64,000 nt of DNA, taken from NCBI GenBank assembly GCA_964016885.1, contig OZ024746.1, forward strand, positions 39,742,001-39,806,000, given 5' to 3'. Position numbers and translations under genes: made by a program. The stretch's first letter is position 1. Each line of letters begins with the position of its first letter. The stretch is from Eledone cirrhosa (Eukaryota). Under the pieces are notes generated by a model. That model was not told where the DNA came from. It was given only the letters and a program-made list of their open reading frames with translations, and searched no databases. Shown in pieces: positions 13,814 to 27,343 of the stretch.

Positions 13814-14524
13814 ATATATATGCAAACATATATATGCAAACATACATACATATTAATAGCATTTTAATTAATTACATGAATATGTAATGACAAATGGTTA
13901 TAGACCTTGGAATGGAATACGTGATATGTTTTAAGAGGCAGGGCTTAGATCCAAATATGTCACCAGTTCACCGTAGTTCATATTCCCAGATGATTTGATA
14001 TTAATGCTCAGATGAGATTTTAAAAGTTAATATTTGGCTTCTAGTATGAAACTAATATGATTGAAGGTGCGTGGCTTAATGATTAGAGAGTTGAATTCAC
14101 AAACGTGAGGTTGTGAGTTAGATTCTTGGGCCGGGCAATGTGTTGTATTCTTGACGAAGAAGAAGACGCTTTATTTCACTTTTCTCCTCCTGTCAGGAGT
14201 TGCGATCGGTAGATAGCATGAACAATTGGAAAAAATCAATTGGAGACATCGTTCCTTTGTCCGATCTGATGAGTTTCACATCACTCGGTAATCAAGAGGT
14301 CTGGGATCTTATTGATTCGGTAAAAAAAAAAATGAAAGTAAATTATTACACATTAATACACACAAAAGAATTGGTAATGAAAAAAGTACCAGTAAACACA
14401 GGGGCGATTTCATCGACTTTCATCTTCCCCGGAATTGGGGTCTTGTGCCTAAATCAGAAGCCATAATGAACGTGTGTGTTGGATATTTATCGTGCCGACC
14501 GCGTGTTTCCCAATTAATGCGATC

Positions 14525-14782
14525 AACGAAACATACTGCTCGTGAAACTAACGTGAGTGGTTGAGCATTCCACAGCCAATTGTATCCTTAACGAAGTTCT
14601 CAGGGAGATTCGGCATGATGGTAATGCAATGGGTGTCAGATTACCGCTTTGAAATACAGCTAAGTTAACTGGAGCAATGGAAAATAAAGAATCCTGTACT
14701 TGGACACGACACACCGCCTGAAATTGAACATATAACATTATGATCGTGAGCGGAACACCCTAATAACTAAGCTACGCGCCTT
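14525..14782 (-). mobile_element. tRNA-derived SINE, family B type
   Basis: The minus strand begins GGCGCGTAGCTTAGTTATTAGGGTGTTCCGCTCACGATC (tRNA-like head). Related pieces lie at ~3915-4025, 4595-4690, 14066-14190 and 35990-36150. Confidence 0.65.
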
Positions 14783-15299
14783 CACTAATATTATGGATAT
14801 TATCTCTTAATTATGAGTGATATAAGGTAATATGATATACATGCTTTGTAAATAAGTAGAAGTTAGAGTATATCGCTGCTAAACACGCTAGGGATGTTAG
14901 AGATGATAGAGTTACATGTTTGGAAGGCTTGCTATCAATTTTTGGCTAAGTCTTAATTTAGAAGGAAAGGAGTTACTATAGGCACGCTTTAATTAACTTG
15001 TCAATGAACTATGAATTCCAAATAAAGCAAAGCATTCTTCGTATATAAGGCGAAAGTATATGGAATGAAATAATAAAATCACACTAACACACACACATAC
15101 ATATATCACACACTGAAACAGAAATACATATAATTATAGTGAGTTATTTGAAAGGTTTGATATTTGAACTTGTCATTTGAACCCGTCACTCGGAGTGGTA
15201 AAACAAATATATTTTTTATACTTTCGAAGGTCATGCTGCCAATAAAAGCACGAACAGCAGTTGAGTTTCACTCCAATTTATTATTACTATTATTATAAT

Positions 15300-15490
15300 T
15301 TTCCGTCGGTTAGATTAATAACTGGATAGTTGTTTAAATGATAATTGTTAACAAAAAAGATGATGTAAAGCAGAACAAGGAGGAGAAGCAAAGTAACAAG
15401 AGTCACTGAAGAGGTCACAGAATGTGTGACGAAAGTGCTTTGACAATTAACAACTAAACAACCATCCGGTTATTAAACTAACCGACGGAA
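15300..15490. mobile_element. Short inverted-terminus HHR element in (ATT)n/(AAT)n context
   Basis: Ends TTCCGTCGGTTAG...GTTGTTTA and TAAACAAC...CTAACCGACGGAA are inverted; contains an HHR. Confidence 0.65.
15402..15444 (+). ncRNA. Minimal type I hammerhead ribozyme
   Basis: GTCA-CTGAAGA-G-GTCACA-GAATG-TGTGAC-GAAA-G-TG-CTT-TGAC. Helix I is GTCA/TGAC and the predicted triplet is CUU. Confidence 0.7.
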
Positions 15491-15504
15491 ACTTATAATA
15501 ATAA

Positions 15505-15722
15505 TAATGATTTCTACTATAGGCACAAGGTCAGCAAATTTTTTGGAGGAGGGGAAAGTCGATTAAATCGACCCCAGTACATTACTGATGCTATATTTTA
15601 TCGATCTCGTAAGGATGAAAAGCAAAACAAACCTTGGCAGGATTTGAACTCAGAACGTAAAGGGCCATAACTCTACGCTTCAAAGCATGGTGTCTGACGC
15701 TCTACTGATACAACCGATCCAC
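15505..15722 (-). mobile_element. tRNA-derived SINE, family A (long subfamily)
   Basis: Reverse complement of the family head, B box and body; the tail merges into (AAT)n. Confidence 0.8.
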
Positions 15723-15969
15723 GAATGACCATGGTATTTGCACCGAGAGAGTTTCTATCTGGATCGTCAGGAATGTAAAATTTTAAAGTAAAGAACAGTA
15801 AGTTTAAGATTCTTGAACCCAGAAATGAGCCATCGTTAGTTGCCGAAATCGTACGCCTTACTAATCTATGCTCACTGTCAGGAACAAGTTTCGTTGTTTC
15901 ACCTACGGGTTTCTACTTAATCTACATCTGTTTTTCGGTATACTGAATTGCTCTCATAATTTGTTAATG

Positions 15970-16039
<70 letters not shown>

Positions 16040-16120
16040 ACATATATATATATATATGTACATATATATATGTACATATTTTTGAAATATCCAGTTCTGC
16101 GTTTACAGATTGACTTTGTT

Positions 16121-16171
16121 AGTTTCAGAAGATCCCGTTAAGGGTGAAAGCAGCGATTCTTTGCTTAAACT
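16121..16171 (+). ncRNA. Degenerate hammerhead ribozyme (U4 to A) in a TA-flanked PLE remnant
   Basis: AGTTT-CAGAAGA-TCCC-GTTAA-GGGT-GAAA-GCAG-CGATTCT-TTGC-TT-AAACT, followed by the tail hairpin at 16198-16243. Confidence 0.55.
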
Positions 16172-16877
16172 TTAATCTGTTATTTTAATAAATATTTGCT
16201 CTACGGTTCTTATATATTTGATATATATTTATCCTTATCGAGCCCTCTTTGGATTTTAGTCTTCAAATTTATTATTATTACTATATATATATATATATAC
16301 ATTAGATTATATGTATATATATATATATGTGTGTGTATATATATATATATATGTGTGTGTGTGAGTATGTGTGGGTGTGTGTATATATATATATATACAT
16401 ACGTGTGTGTGTGTGTATATATACATACGTGTGTGTGTATATATATATACATACGTGTGTGTGTTGTGTGTGTGTGTGTGTGCACGTATGGTCGTGTGTG
16501 TACACTAACATGGATGATGCTATTTTTAATCTTGGAAATCATTCACGTCTGACTTGTACATGACTAAATGAACCGACCAATTGAATAAGTATTCCTCGGG
16601 GTGTTTTGGCATTCATTGTTAAACAAGTTGACTTTGGCGGTAAAATATAAAGAATCTGTCTTTAAATCAACTGAGGTATTTTGTAAGGATGCCAGCCAGA
16701 TTTCTCTGCTTTCTTCCCTGTAATAGAGGTGACACCTGGCAATTTCTAATAAAACACTTCTGTTGAAGTACTGCAATTTTATGGTCATAATTTTGTAGTA
16801 AAACACACACATATAAACGCATATATATATATATATATATGCATATAAATATAAACATGTATATACATACTCACACA

Positions 16878-16966
<89 letters not shown>

Positions 16967-17368
16967 ATATATATTCAGATATGTTAACTTTAGTTGGCAA
17001 TAGTTTTATTTTCAGTGACTGGGGAATTGCGCTGGTTAAACATTTAAACATGTTGCTACACACTCCGATATATGTAGAAGTTAATGGCTATTTATTTAAG
17101 TCATTATTTCCGTCCCTCTTTGCCGTCAAAACAGAGCCTCATTAATGTTTAGCAGTTTTACATCCAATCTTCCACATACACACTAGTTACGTATATTGAA
17201 GTGGTAAGTATAGGTGCTAGCCACTCAATACTACAAACATCATTCGCAATCCAGTATGAACTAGCAGCATGCACTATAATTTCGATAAGGGTTCTAGATG
17301 TCCATGCAGTTGCGAACAGATACATACACGTTCTCGACCTTCCTCCGTCAATTGGGCTACCACTCTCC

Positions 17369-17659
17369 AAGTACCGGTCGCTCTCAGTCAGGTTTGCGGT
17401 CGTACCCTTGGCAGTGGAGACTTCTGGTGGCCTTGGCCCTAGGGTTACCTCCTTACTCACCACCATAGGCGCTGAGCTGACCAGTCGCTGGTGTGAGCCT
17501 CGCGAGTTGGAATGGCTCTTCCAGCGCATCTCCCTTGCCATCCTCCGGGGAAACGCCTTCTCCATTCTGTCCGCCGGTGCTGTGGGGAGGCCAGCACGTG
17601 GGACCCCATTTGCTCACCATACGGAGAGATGGAGAGGGCCAGAGAGATGGAGGCGATGA
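17369..17659 (+). mobile_element. 3' fragment of a CRE-clade-like non-LTR retrotransposon (restriction-like endonuclease C-terminus)
   Basis: Translation KYRSLSVRFAVVPLAVETSGGLGP...IGAEL...LFQRISLAILRGNAFSIL fits the KY...P.AVET.G..G...QR.S.AI.RGNA pattern of CRE-type RLE domains. Confidence 0.75.
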
Positions 17660-19106
17660 GAGTGGGATTTCGGCTGTTCTTTCATGTTTACTTAGGTTAC
17701 ATTTGCTATTGTACATAACCATTGTTACAATACCATTTGAAATCACTGCTTACTGTTATAGTACCATGAAAGGATATCGATTCAGTAAAAGGGTGGCTGT
17801 ATATTCTTTACATTTTACCAAGTTTATCAATTCAGCAACAGCAGCAGTTACTTCATTTAGAGATAGTCGGGTGGGTTTGTTCGTTGTTGTTTTTTGTTGT
17901 TTATTCCCAAATCTGTTCTGATCGGCAGAATTCGAACTCATACATTTGGATCTAAATACATGTATATAAAGAAATATGAACCTCATTTTGAGGTTACCTC
18001 ATGCTGGTTAGAAGAGCACGGATAGGAATAATAGGTTCGCAGAATCATTAAAGCATCCAACAAAATGCCTTGCAGTATTTGTTTCAGCTCTCTGCGTTCT
18101 GAATTCAAATCCTATCAATTTCAAATGTGTACCATTCGTGATTATCTGTGTGTTTTTTTTCTGATTTTTAGAATTACATTATCCAATACGTTAGTTTTCT
18201 TTTTAAGCAGTCGTGTGTGATTTGAAGGAGATTTTGTTGCTATTTCTAACTGGTAGAACGACCACGTACAGACACTCTCTCTCTGGCTCATTGTATTTGC
18301 TCGTAAATGCTAGGTAAACTGAAGCTTGTTGATGAGAAGCCTTGCTCAGAAACCACATGGAATGTATGTAATAAATTCGAACTCATGACAAATTGCATGT
18401 TTGTCTCATAACTTAACCACTCGGCTATCTCGTCTCTTCCTGCTGAAATAATTCGCTTGATATGTTTTATGCTGAATTGATTTATGTTATCGGAAATCAT
18501 CGCTTTTCTCTTGAATTCTTGAGATTATTCTATAAATATTACTACTCTAAAATAAATGGTTTCTATCAACAATCAACGACTAGAAAAAGGAACACTATTC
18601 CCAGATAAATAATTTTTAATCATGCTTATCATCTCATTTTACTTTTCAATCTAATATTCTTAATAGCAGTCTACATTGGACATATTGCATCCCGTGGAGT
18701 TCCGTGACATTTGGCATTTTAATGTATCTTAATCTGATATGGACGCTGTGAAGTAGAAGCAAGCTAAAAAAAAATGTAATCTGTGACTCGGTTTCGATGC
18801 CCATAAGTCACCATTTCACCTTAATTACGCATGTTTCTCATTCCTTTCGTAAAGTCGTGAACATGAAAATTCCTATTTAGACTTTTCCTAAAATACAGGA
18901 AGTTGGTGCCTAGTCAGGAATAAAAAAAATATTAACGAAACATTATGTTGTTAAGGAACCAATGAGAATGAGTCAGCTTAAACCGAGTTCATTCCCGCTA
19001 TTTTATATGACCAATGTTACTCATGTGGGCCTATGTTAAAAATGCGAAGCTTTGATTGGATTGTACGATCGTATGTTATAGTCCCGGTGGTACACTGTGT
19101 CTCCGT

Positions 19107-19393
19107 GGGCACGTAGCCTAGTGGCATGTGTGTTGGACTTACACTCATAATGTCGTAGGTTCGATTCCTGGACTGGCTTGTGTGTTGTGTTCTCGAGCAA
19201 AATAGTCTATTTCACGTTGCTCCAGTATACTTAGCCGAAAATGTGTAACAGCAGTGGCTGGGGATTTAACCCTGTAATGGACTGGCGTCCTGTCCAAGGG
19301 AGGCCATGTACTCTCAGTCGCTTAACGCCACGGAAAAACGGGGTAATCACCGGCCCGATTAGCCTCTAGGCTCGAGTCAGAGTTTAGACTTTA
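19107..19393 (+). mobile_element. Full-length tRNA-derived SINE with a V/Meta-type central domain
   Basis: A box TAGCCTAGTGG, B box GGTTCGATTCC, body AACCCTGTAATGGACTGGCGTCCTGTCCAAGGG. The domain name is from recall and not verified. Confidence 0.65.
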
Positions 19394-19580
19394 GAGTCTA
19401 TGTCTTTGAACAATATACGTTTATCTTACCTTGCTCCAGTCAACTCAACTGACATGAATGACTTGTACTTGTATTTAAAAGGGGTCAGCCTTATCACAAA
19501 CAGTGTCAAGATGAATCTCACCTAGAACTTCGTTAAGAGTATACGTGTGTGTGTGTGTGTCTGTGTGTCTGTGTGTGTGT

Positions 19581-19611
<31 letters not shown>

Positions 19612-19612
19612 C

Positions 19613-19696
<84 letters not shown>

Positions 19697-19945
19697 TATT
19701 CAGTCGTCTTCATGGTAATTTCATAAGCAAACTGTTCTGTTGAGCGAACAAGTGGAACACACGTCGTCGGAATCAAACATGGATGTATATGTGTGTTTGT
19801 AAACTCTGTACAATTAATAAATGAAGAGAAACGGTCTTAACATTTTTGCGTTAACCTCTATTTTCTTTTTTTTTTTGTCTTTTTCTCTTTATTGGTTCTT
19901 CTACAATTGTTCAGTATAACTAACTACGCGTCTCTGTCCTATATG

Positions 19946-20034
<89 letters not shown>

Positions 20035-20064
20035 AGATCAAAAGATGGTTAAAAGAGTTCCAAG

Positions 20065-20135
20065 TATTTTATTATGCGCATTTCAAAAACAAATATCATC
20101 ATGGGATGATATCTGCGTTCTCATCAGATAAAATA
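20065..20135 (-). ncRNA. Minimal type I hammerhead ribozyme (mirror copy)
   Basis: Reverse complement of 21486-21556 with an intact core. Confidence 0.85.
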
Positions 20136-21485
20136 GGGAGACATGATATGAAGCTTAAAAAACACTTGTGAGCAGTGAAGTTTTAAATCAACATATGAAA
20201 AATAAATTAACATGGATGTATGAGATTGGGAAAAGGAGTTGGAAAAGGTAAGGAAGAGGAAGAAATAAGAGTAAAGGATGGTGGGGGTGGAGTATAAGAA
20301 GGAAGGATGAGAGAGGAGGAGAAATTGGTGATAGAGAGAGAGAGATAACCTTTACAACTGAGAAAAATATTGTCTCACAGAGAGAAATTATAAAACCGTT
20401 GGAAGATAATAGATAATTTAAAAGATTTTGAAGTTAAAAGTTAATGAGGTTTATGCATGAAGAAAAAGGAATTAAGAATAGTATTAAATTAAGGTTTGTA
20501 TATTGAAGGGTTTAATAATATGTGCGAAGAAAAGAATTTATTAATATGTATTATTAAAATTATAATATTAATGATATTAAGGATATAATGTGAAAAGAAG
20601 GAGAAGAATAAATGAGTTATGAATTTAGAGGAATTAGTTAGGGTTTAAGTTTGTTTTTGTGTATTGTAATATGTGTACGTAAATAGTATGTTTAAATTTT
20701 TCTTCTCTCTTCTCTCCTTCCATGCTCGTTTTAAACCTACTACTTACTTTTACTTTTACATATTACAATACATAAAAACAAACTTAAACCCTAACTAATT
20801 TCTTTTTAATATATTATAATATTACCATTAGAAAATATTTCGTAAACATATATACTTTTTGACGTTAGATATTTTCTTCCTTAAACATTCTTTTTTCTTC
20901 TCTCCTTCCGTGCTCATTTTAAACAAACTAATTACGTATACATATTACAATGCATAAAAACAAACTTAAACCCTAACTAATTCCTCTAAATTCATAACTC
21001 ATTTATTCTTCTCCTTCTTTTCACATTATATCCTTAATATCATTAATATTTCTATTTTAATACTACATATTAATAAATTCTTTTCTTCGCACATATTATT
21101 AAACCCTTCAATATACAAACCTTAATTTAATACTATTCTTAATTCCTTTTTCTTCATGCATAAACCTCATTAACTTTTAACTTCAAAATCTTTTAAATTA
21201 TCTATTATCTTCCAACGGCCTTTTAATTTCTTTCTGTGAGGCAATATTTTTCTCAGTTGTAAAGGTTATCTCTCTCTATCACCCATTTCTCCTCCTCTCT
21301 CATCCTTCCTTCTTATACTCCTCCCCCACCATCCTTTACTCTTATTTCTTCCTCTTCCTTACCTTTTCCAACCCCTGCCCCTCACTTTTTCCCAATCTCA
21401 TACATCCATCTTAATTTATTTTTCATATGTTGATTTAAAACTTCACTGCTCACAAGTGTTTTTTAAGCTTCATATCATGTCTCCC

Positions 21486-21556
21486 TATTTTATCTGATGA
21501 GAACGCAGATATCATCCAATGATGATATTTGTTTTTGAAATGCGCATAATAAAATA
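21486..21556 (+). ncRNA. Minimal type I hammerhead ribozyme
   Basis: TATTTTAT-CTGATGA-GAACGCAGATATCATC..GATGATATTTGTTTTT-GAAA-T-GCGC-ATA-ATAAAATA. It has an 8-bp helix I, a long helix II and a palindromic helix III. Confidence 0.85.
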
Positions 21557-21700
21557 CATGGAACTCTTTTAACCATCTTTTGATCTTATATTATTTATAC
21601 TCCAGTCCTACAAACTGTAGAGTGCTACTTATCCGATATTTGCATTGCTTTATTGTGCTACAATAAAACTCACCTCCTACATATATATATATATATATAT

Positions 21701-22050
21701 CTTAAGGTTTGTTGGTTCATTCCGTATGGTCAATCCTGGTGTAATATTGTGAAGAGTACTCAACGCAGTGCAGTTCACCCATCTTCATTTGTGTAGTTGG
21801 TGGTGCGAATACGGAGTTAATTATAAATGAAATAACAGTAGGCTGGACTGGTGTAAATCCTTGAAAGGTTTATTATACTATGATCATTTCAATGACCGGG
21901 TTCCATATGTAATATTGTGAAGAGTACTCAACGCAATATTTGTGTAGTTGGTGGTGCGAATACGGAGTTAATATGGAACCCGGTCATTGAAATGATCATA
22001 GTATAATAAACCTTTCAAGGATTTACACCAGTCCAGCCTACTGTTATTTC

Positions 22051-22055
<5 letters not shown>
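21701..22055. mobile_element. Short PLE-derived hairpin insertion in (TA)n
   Basis: Inverted tail 21701-21821; arms ~21822-21908 and ~21972-22055 contain the HHR 3' half GAAA-TGATCA-TA. The spacer is a partial copy of the tail. Confidence 0.7.
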
Positions 22056-22104
<49 letters not shown>

Positions 22105-22196
22105 TAAGTTGAACGAAGCTATCCGTTTATAGTCTAACTATGTCTGTTGTGAACAGAGTGGACACTATTCAATATATATATATATATATATATATA

Positions 22197-22558
22197 GGAA
22201 CGAGTAGGACCCAGACGGCTGAGCTCAAGCCGTTTCGACGGCTAATTCTGGACTAATTCTGGACAGGTTCAGCTACCCCTTCCTTCCACAAATTGCCATG
22301 ATAGAATTATGTGTCTCAACAACAAACTTTTGACCAATCCTTGTGACAATCACTTTTACCATATATGGAATTACCCCCTGAGAAGCTCGGCTATTCATAT
22401 ACCAGGATAAAAATGTTCATTTAGTCCAGAATTAGCCGTCGAAACGGCTTGAGCTCAGCCGTTGGGGTCCTACTCGTTCCTATTACCCACTCTACTACCC
22501 TAAGTATTGAGTATTTTGGTGCGTTATGGTCCACCTGGTTCCTTACCACATTTCCTTC

Positions 22559-22560
<2 letters not shown>
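22197..22560. mobile_element. PLE-derived element of the 4090 family: short inverted arm plus forward copy with tail; HHR at 22373-22468 with a C3/A8 mismatch
   Basis: 22197-22258 is the reverse complement of 22421-22482. Flanked by (TA)n and a 72-bp direct duplication. Confidence 0.8.
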
Positions 22561-22611
<51 letters not shown>

Positions 22612-23197
22612 TAAGTTGAACGAAGCTATCCGTTTATAGTCTAACTATGTCTGTTGTGAACAGAGTGGACACTATTCAATATATATATATATACACACAC
22701 ATGTATATATATATATATATATATATAGAATAGTATTTATATATGTGGTTACATACATACAATATGTTCATTATTACAGAGATATAAATATAAACAGTGA
22801 AATTGCAGTTGTGAAACGGATATGCAGATAAAATCCTATCTGGTTATCGTAGATACAACAATCAAGAATACCATGCACAGCCACGTTCAATTCTAGTTTG
22901 TTGTAACGTAACTTCAATATACTTTCTCTCACCTACTCTTCCGAGATTAAAGTTTTCAAAATAATTATTATACACTCACATATTGCTTTATTCACGTTTT
23001 TTTTATTTTTCAAGCATACATTTTTGAATATGATTATTCTTTATTCGTTCGTTCTGTTACTGGTGTCGCTCATTTGACAGCCACCATACTTTGATTTAGG
23101 CGATCATATCAACACCGAATCTGATATTTATTTCATCGTGGACACAAGCACAAACGTAAACATACTCACACAGACACACACACACACACACACACAC

Positions 23198-23231
<34 letters not shown>

Positions 23232-23658
23232 GACGGGTTTCTGCAGTTTCCGTCTAACACATTCCACTTAGAAGGCATTGATCTGCGGGTGGCTAGAGTG
23301 CCCCACGACGGAGCTGAATATAGAAATAGGCAGTTGCGAAGAGTACTCCATAACAAGCATTAATGCCTGTGTTTACACAAACGAATTTTTATAATAAAAG
23401 CGAAAATGAAATTAAAAACCTAAGTCAGTGTTGAAGGGATAACTGGAATCAAAATAGTGGTTTCTCTCTAATGTAATTTATAAGTGTAGGATTCCACATT
23501 AATGACATACTCATTTAAACAATTGTTGGGATTGGTTAACTTACTGATAGGTCTGAAGAGCTTTAAATGTAGTTTTAAATGTAGTTGTTAAATGTAGTTT
23601 TAAATGTAGTTGTCAAATGTCAAGTTGAACTGAAATACCTACACCCACACACACATAG

Positions 23659-23759
<101 letters not shown>

Positions 23760-24311
23760 CATATATGTATACCAATTATTGACCCAATAGGAATAATTTT
23801 TAATTGCACTTCAGGTCAACCACAATGACTCTTCCTCTTACAATATGAAGTGTAGTGTATACTGATATATATTTATATATTTTAATCTTAATTATTAAGT
23901 ATGATATTCAGCAGCTGACTTTGGTAAAAAGACGAGCGTGCAAAGAATAGTCAAGATAAAACAAACAACAACAATAACAAACATTTAGTGAATTATTTTG
24001 AGTTTTGTGTGATGGATAATGTTTCTGTAAACCTAGTTTCAGTACAATATACTCGTGGTGTTATAACCGTGTGATATGTATATGACAATGGTCGCGTGAC
24101 ACTTTTATTTACTGAGTAACAACATCGTGGTGGACAAAGTAAGTAGGTCTGAGGGAAATTATATTACATAACTGAACAACGGATTACCGAAATGCGAGGA
24201 AACATCGTAAAGTTGTGACTTTAACATGAATATTGATAAAGAACAAGAACAGGTATTTATCAGTGATTTTTTTTTTATATAAATTTTTTCACTAATTAAT
24301 GATGTATTATG

Positions 24312-24501
24312 CAGACCTACCAGCCTCTAAAAACACAAACAGGAAGTACCATGAAAAGACGGGGAGTATCAAGAAATAAGGCAAAATGGGGAGATTTTAC
24401 ATAATGAAAGCTATACCCATTTTCACAGGAGAAGACATCTCTCACCCACCCCAAAGTGGGTGGGAGATCTCCTCGTCGGACGGGGAGAGTTGGCAGGTCT
24501 G
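24312..24501. mobile_element. MITE, hAT-like
   Basis: TIR CAGACCTACCA / TGGCAGGTCTG; homologous to 25276-25470. Confidence 0.7.
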
Positions 24502-25085
24502 ATCATCGTATCTGTCACCTATCGAACTGAATTTATATTCAAGTACTTTACATGGCACGTAAAATTGATTAATTAATAGATGTGTTAAACACCTTAGGAT
24601 ACTATTTTCGAATAAGTGTTGGCTGGCTTAGTTTTGTTTGATTTTGTTTTTTTTTAATTTTGGTGTTGTCAACCTTATGTGACAAATGAGAATTTACTAT
24701 AATAGAAATTATGTGGTTTTACTATAATAGAAATCATGGGGTTTTACTTTAAAAGTCAAATAAAAAAAATGAGTAATTGTTGAGATTTCTTCTCCGTTGC
24801 TTACAAATAGATTTCTACTATGGTATTTCTAAGTCTTCATGGTTGTATTAATTAAGCTTATTTCCGGTTTATTTAATTGTATGTGTGTTTGGAAAAGATC
24901 CGGATAGGGTATTTGTCTTGACCAAGGATATAACGTTACAGTAGATGAGTATAAATGCATTCCCCAAAGCCATTTACGGTTAATCACATCCCATTTCCTT
25001 TCCGCTCTACACACACGACGTTGTTGAAAATAAACATTTAATAACCCGTAGTAAGAGAAACTGAAATTGCTACACTACAGCTTAC

Positions 25086-25261
25086 CATTTCTTTACAGTT
25101 CCCCATCCTTTCTTCATTGTGGATACGAATGAAGGAATATTGTAAACTAACACGCCAGTAAACAATACTGCTTCTAAAACACACAGCTTCAGAATCACCA
25201 TAGAAGAACAACCAATCGTCAGATCGTACCAAGTAAAAAATATTTCCATTGTTTTTTCCAT
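25086..25261 (-). CDS. Possible host coding exon with a hydrophobic N-terminus (unverified)
   Basis: Open frame MEKTMEIFFTWYDLTIGCSSMVILKLCVLEAVLFTGVLVYNIPSFVSTMKKGWGTVKK ends at a strong donor ATG|GTAAGC in non-repetitive DNA. No homology recognised. Confidence 0.2.
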
Positions 25262-25275
25262 TGCTGATACTAACT

Positions 25276-25470
25276 CAGACCTACCAACCTATAAAAACCC
25301 AAACTTTTAGCACCATGAAAAAAAATGCCCCAAAACGGGAAGAAATGAGGCAAAATGAGGAGATTTTACATAATGAAAGCTCTACTCATTTTCACAAGGG
25401 AAGACATATCTCACCCACCCCAAAGTGGATGGGTGATCTCCCCGTCGGACGGGGAGAGTTGACAGGTCTG
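25276..25470. mobile_element. MITE, hAT-like, apparent 6-bp TSD
   Basis: TIR CAGACCTACCAAC / GTTGACAGGTCTG; CTAACT on both sides (25270-25275, 25471-25476). Confidence 0.75.
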
Positions 25471-26818
25471 CTAACTACCGATCAAAACTCCTAAAGAACA
25501 TGATTGAAGCACTACGTTTGGAAATTGCTTGGAAATTAAGGCAATGTTCAAAACCTATTTTGTTTATATGTATCCATGTGTATGTTTAGGTATCTCTACA
25601 TTTGTCTATGTTATGTTATGCAAATTCATATATTATGTATATTGGAAAGAATAAAGTGAATATTGTGTTCGTTTCTGTAAGATTTTGTTTCTCAGTATAT
25701 GCGACTTATCTTCGTATATGCGAATATTTTCTAAATATCTGCAGACTTTCTTTTCAAAATATCTGCCTATTTTTTAATGTACTTGTATTTGGTCACTCTA
25801 CTTAAGAATCTGCTATAATTCTAAAACTTGCCATTGACTCTTAAGCAAATTCCACATTATTTGAGATGCAAAAATAAATATAAATGTATTTCTGTGGTGG
25901 CTGAAAGCTTCTTTATCCCCATTCGAGCTCACTTTGCACACAGCATGACCAATTCTATATTTTAAAAAAATATGTACATCTCCAACAGACACCAGAACTT
26001 AGTATTGAACATACCAATTATTCATCTTTATTACATAGATTAATTGTTTTTTGATGTCGAAACTTTGTCATACAATTTATGTTTGGAAATTGTATGGGAA
26101 GTTTGAAGCAGTTATATTACAATTCTTCCTATTTGCAATGCTAATTTAGTTTTGAATTGATATTATTTCTCTCAAACAAGCTATATCATTGCTGAAATTA
26201 ACCAGCTTGAATTTCAATGAAATCTTTTCAATGCAATTAGCCATCTGTAACTAGAGATATGCTTTAACTATAGATTTAGTGTACAATGCTACCAAAAGGA
26301 ATTACTTTTTTTTTTTTTTTTATAATGAAAAATCAATGCAAACGTTTCCAGTAGACAATTAAAAGACGCCGGCGCAAATAAAGAACAGAAAGTTATGAGA
26401 GAATAAATTATGACTCGAAATGATAAGGCATGTTATTGTGTTTATGGGCAAACACACAAACAATGATTCAGTTAATCGTAGTAAAAGATTTTTGTAAGAT
26501 TCAAAAATACACTTTTGTATAATACATTCGTTGAGCCTACGTTGATTGATATACACAACACTGTATTGCTGTAGAATACAACGGGAGTGGTGTAGCTTTT
26601 TATTCTTACAGAGCTTTACATACTGATATCAGCTAAACTAACCTTTTAACGGTGGCAATGGTTTTCACATTTATCTTTAGTTTCTGTAGAGCGAAGTTAT
26701 TTCTGACAAAGAGCGACTAATTTTTTTTCTCAATTAGCAAACCTTCGAAAAATACAACACTATGTTTGTAGTGATATAGAAACCAATGACAATTTGCCTG
26801 TCATTATTGATAATATTG

Positions 26819-27009
26819 GACGGTGGATTAGCAGTTAGCAGTATCGGTAGAGGGTCGGACGCCATGCTTTCCAGCATAGTTACGTCCCTTTACGATCTGA
26901 GTTCAAATCCCGCCGAGGTTGACTTTGCCTTTCATCCTTACGGGGTCGATAAAATAAAGTACCAGTAATGCACTGGGTAATTGCTGGCCTTGTGCCTAAA
27001 GTAGAAACA
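26819..27009 (+). mobile_element. Full-length tRNA-derived SINE, family A
   Basis: A/B boxes and conserved body. TSD ATTATTGATAATATTG at 26803-26818 and 27010-27025. Confidence 0.9.
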
Positions 27010-27284
27010 ATTATTGATAATATTGAATCTAGTTAACTAATCTGGTATTTAACCTGAGATAGAATTAGAATTTCGGAAATAAATAGTTAAGAATACCTAT
27101 AATTTGGAATGAGACATATATGTAGCTTGTAAATAATACGTTTTATTTTATTTTATTTCAAACAAGACACAATATCTGTTAAATTTACTTTATATTTATC
27201 ATTTATTTCCTGTAGTCAAATTTTTTCGTCGTACTGTTTGAGACCTGGACACTAATACTATAACTCAATACGTCTATGTGTGTT

Positions 27285-27343
<59 letters not shown>

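Larger units (their letters stand above)
20027..21680. mobile_element. PLE-derived hairpin insertion in (TA)n: arms ~20027-20697 and ~20918-21594, tail 21595-21680
   Basis: The arms are reverse complements with scattered differences, and each has an HHR. (TA)n lies on both sides. Confidence 0.85.

Noticed and set aside
20027-21594. Interpreting the hairpin elements as DNA-transposon foldback elements or MITEs
   Set aside because: The one-sided tails, variable internal truncation, HHRs and the same layout in the RT-encoding element point to PLE retrotransposition.
26819-27009. Functional tRNA genes at A/B-box motifs
   Set aside because: There is no cloverleaf, and the motifs continue into a repeated SINE body with TSDs.
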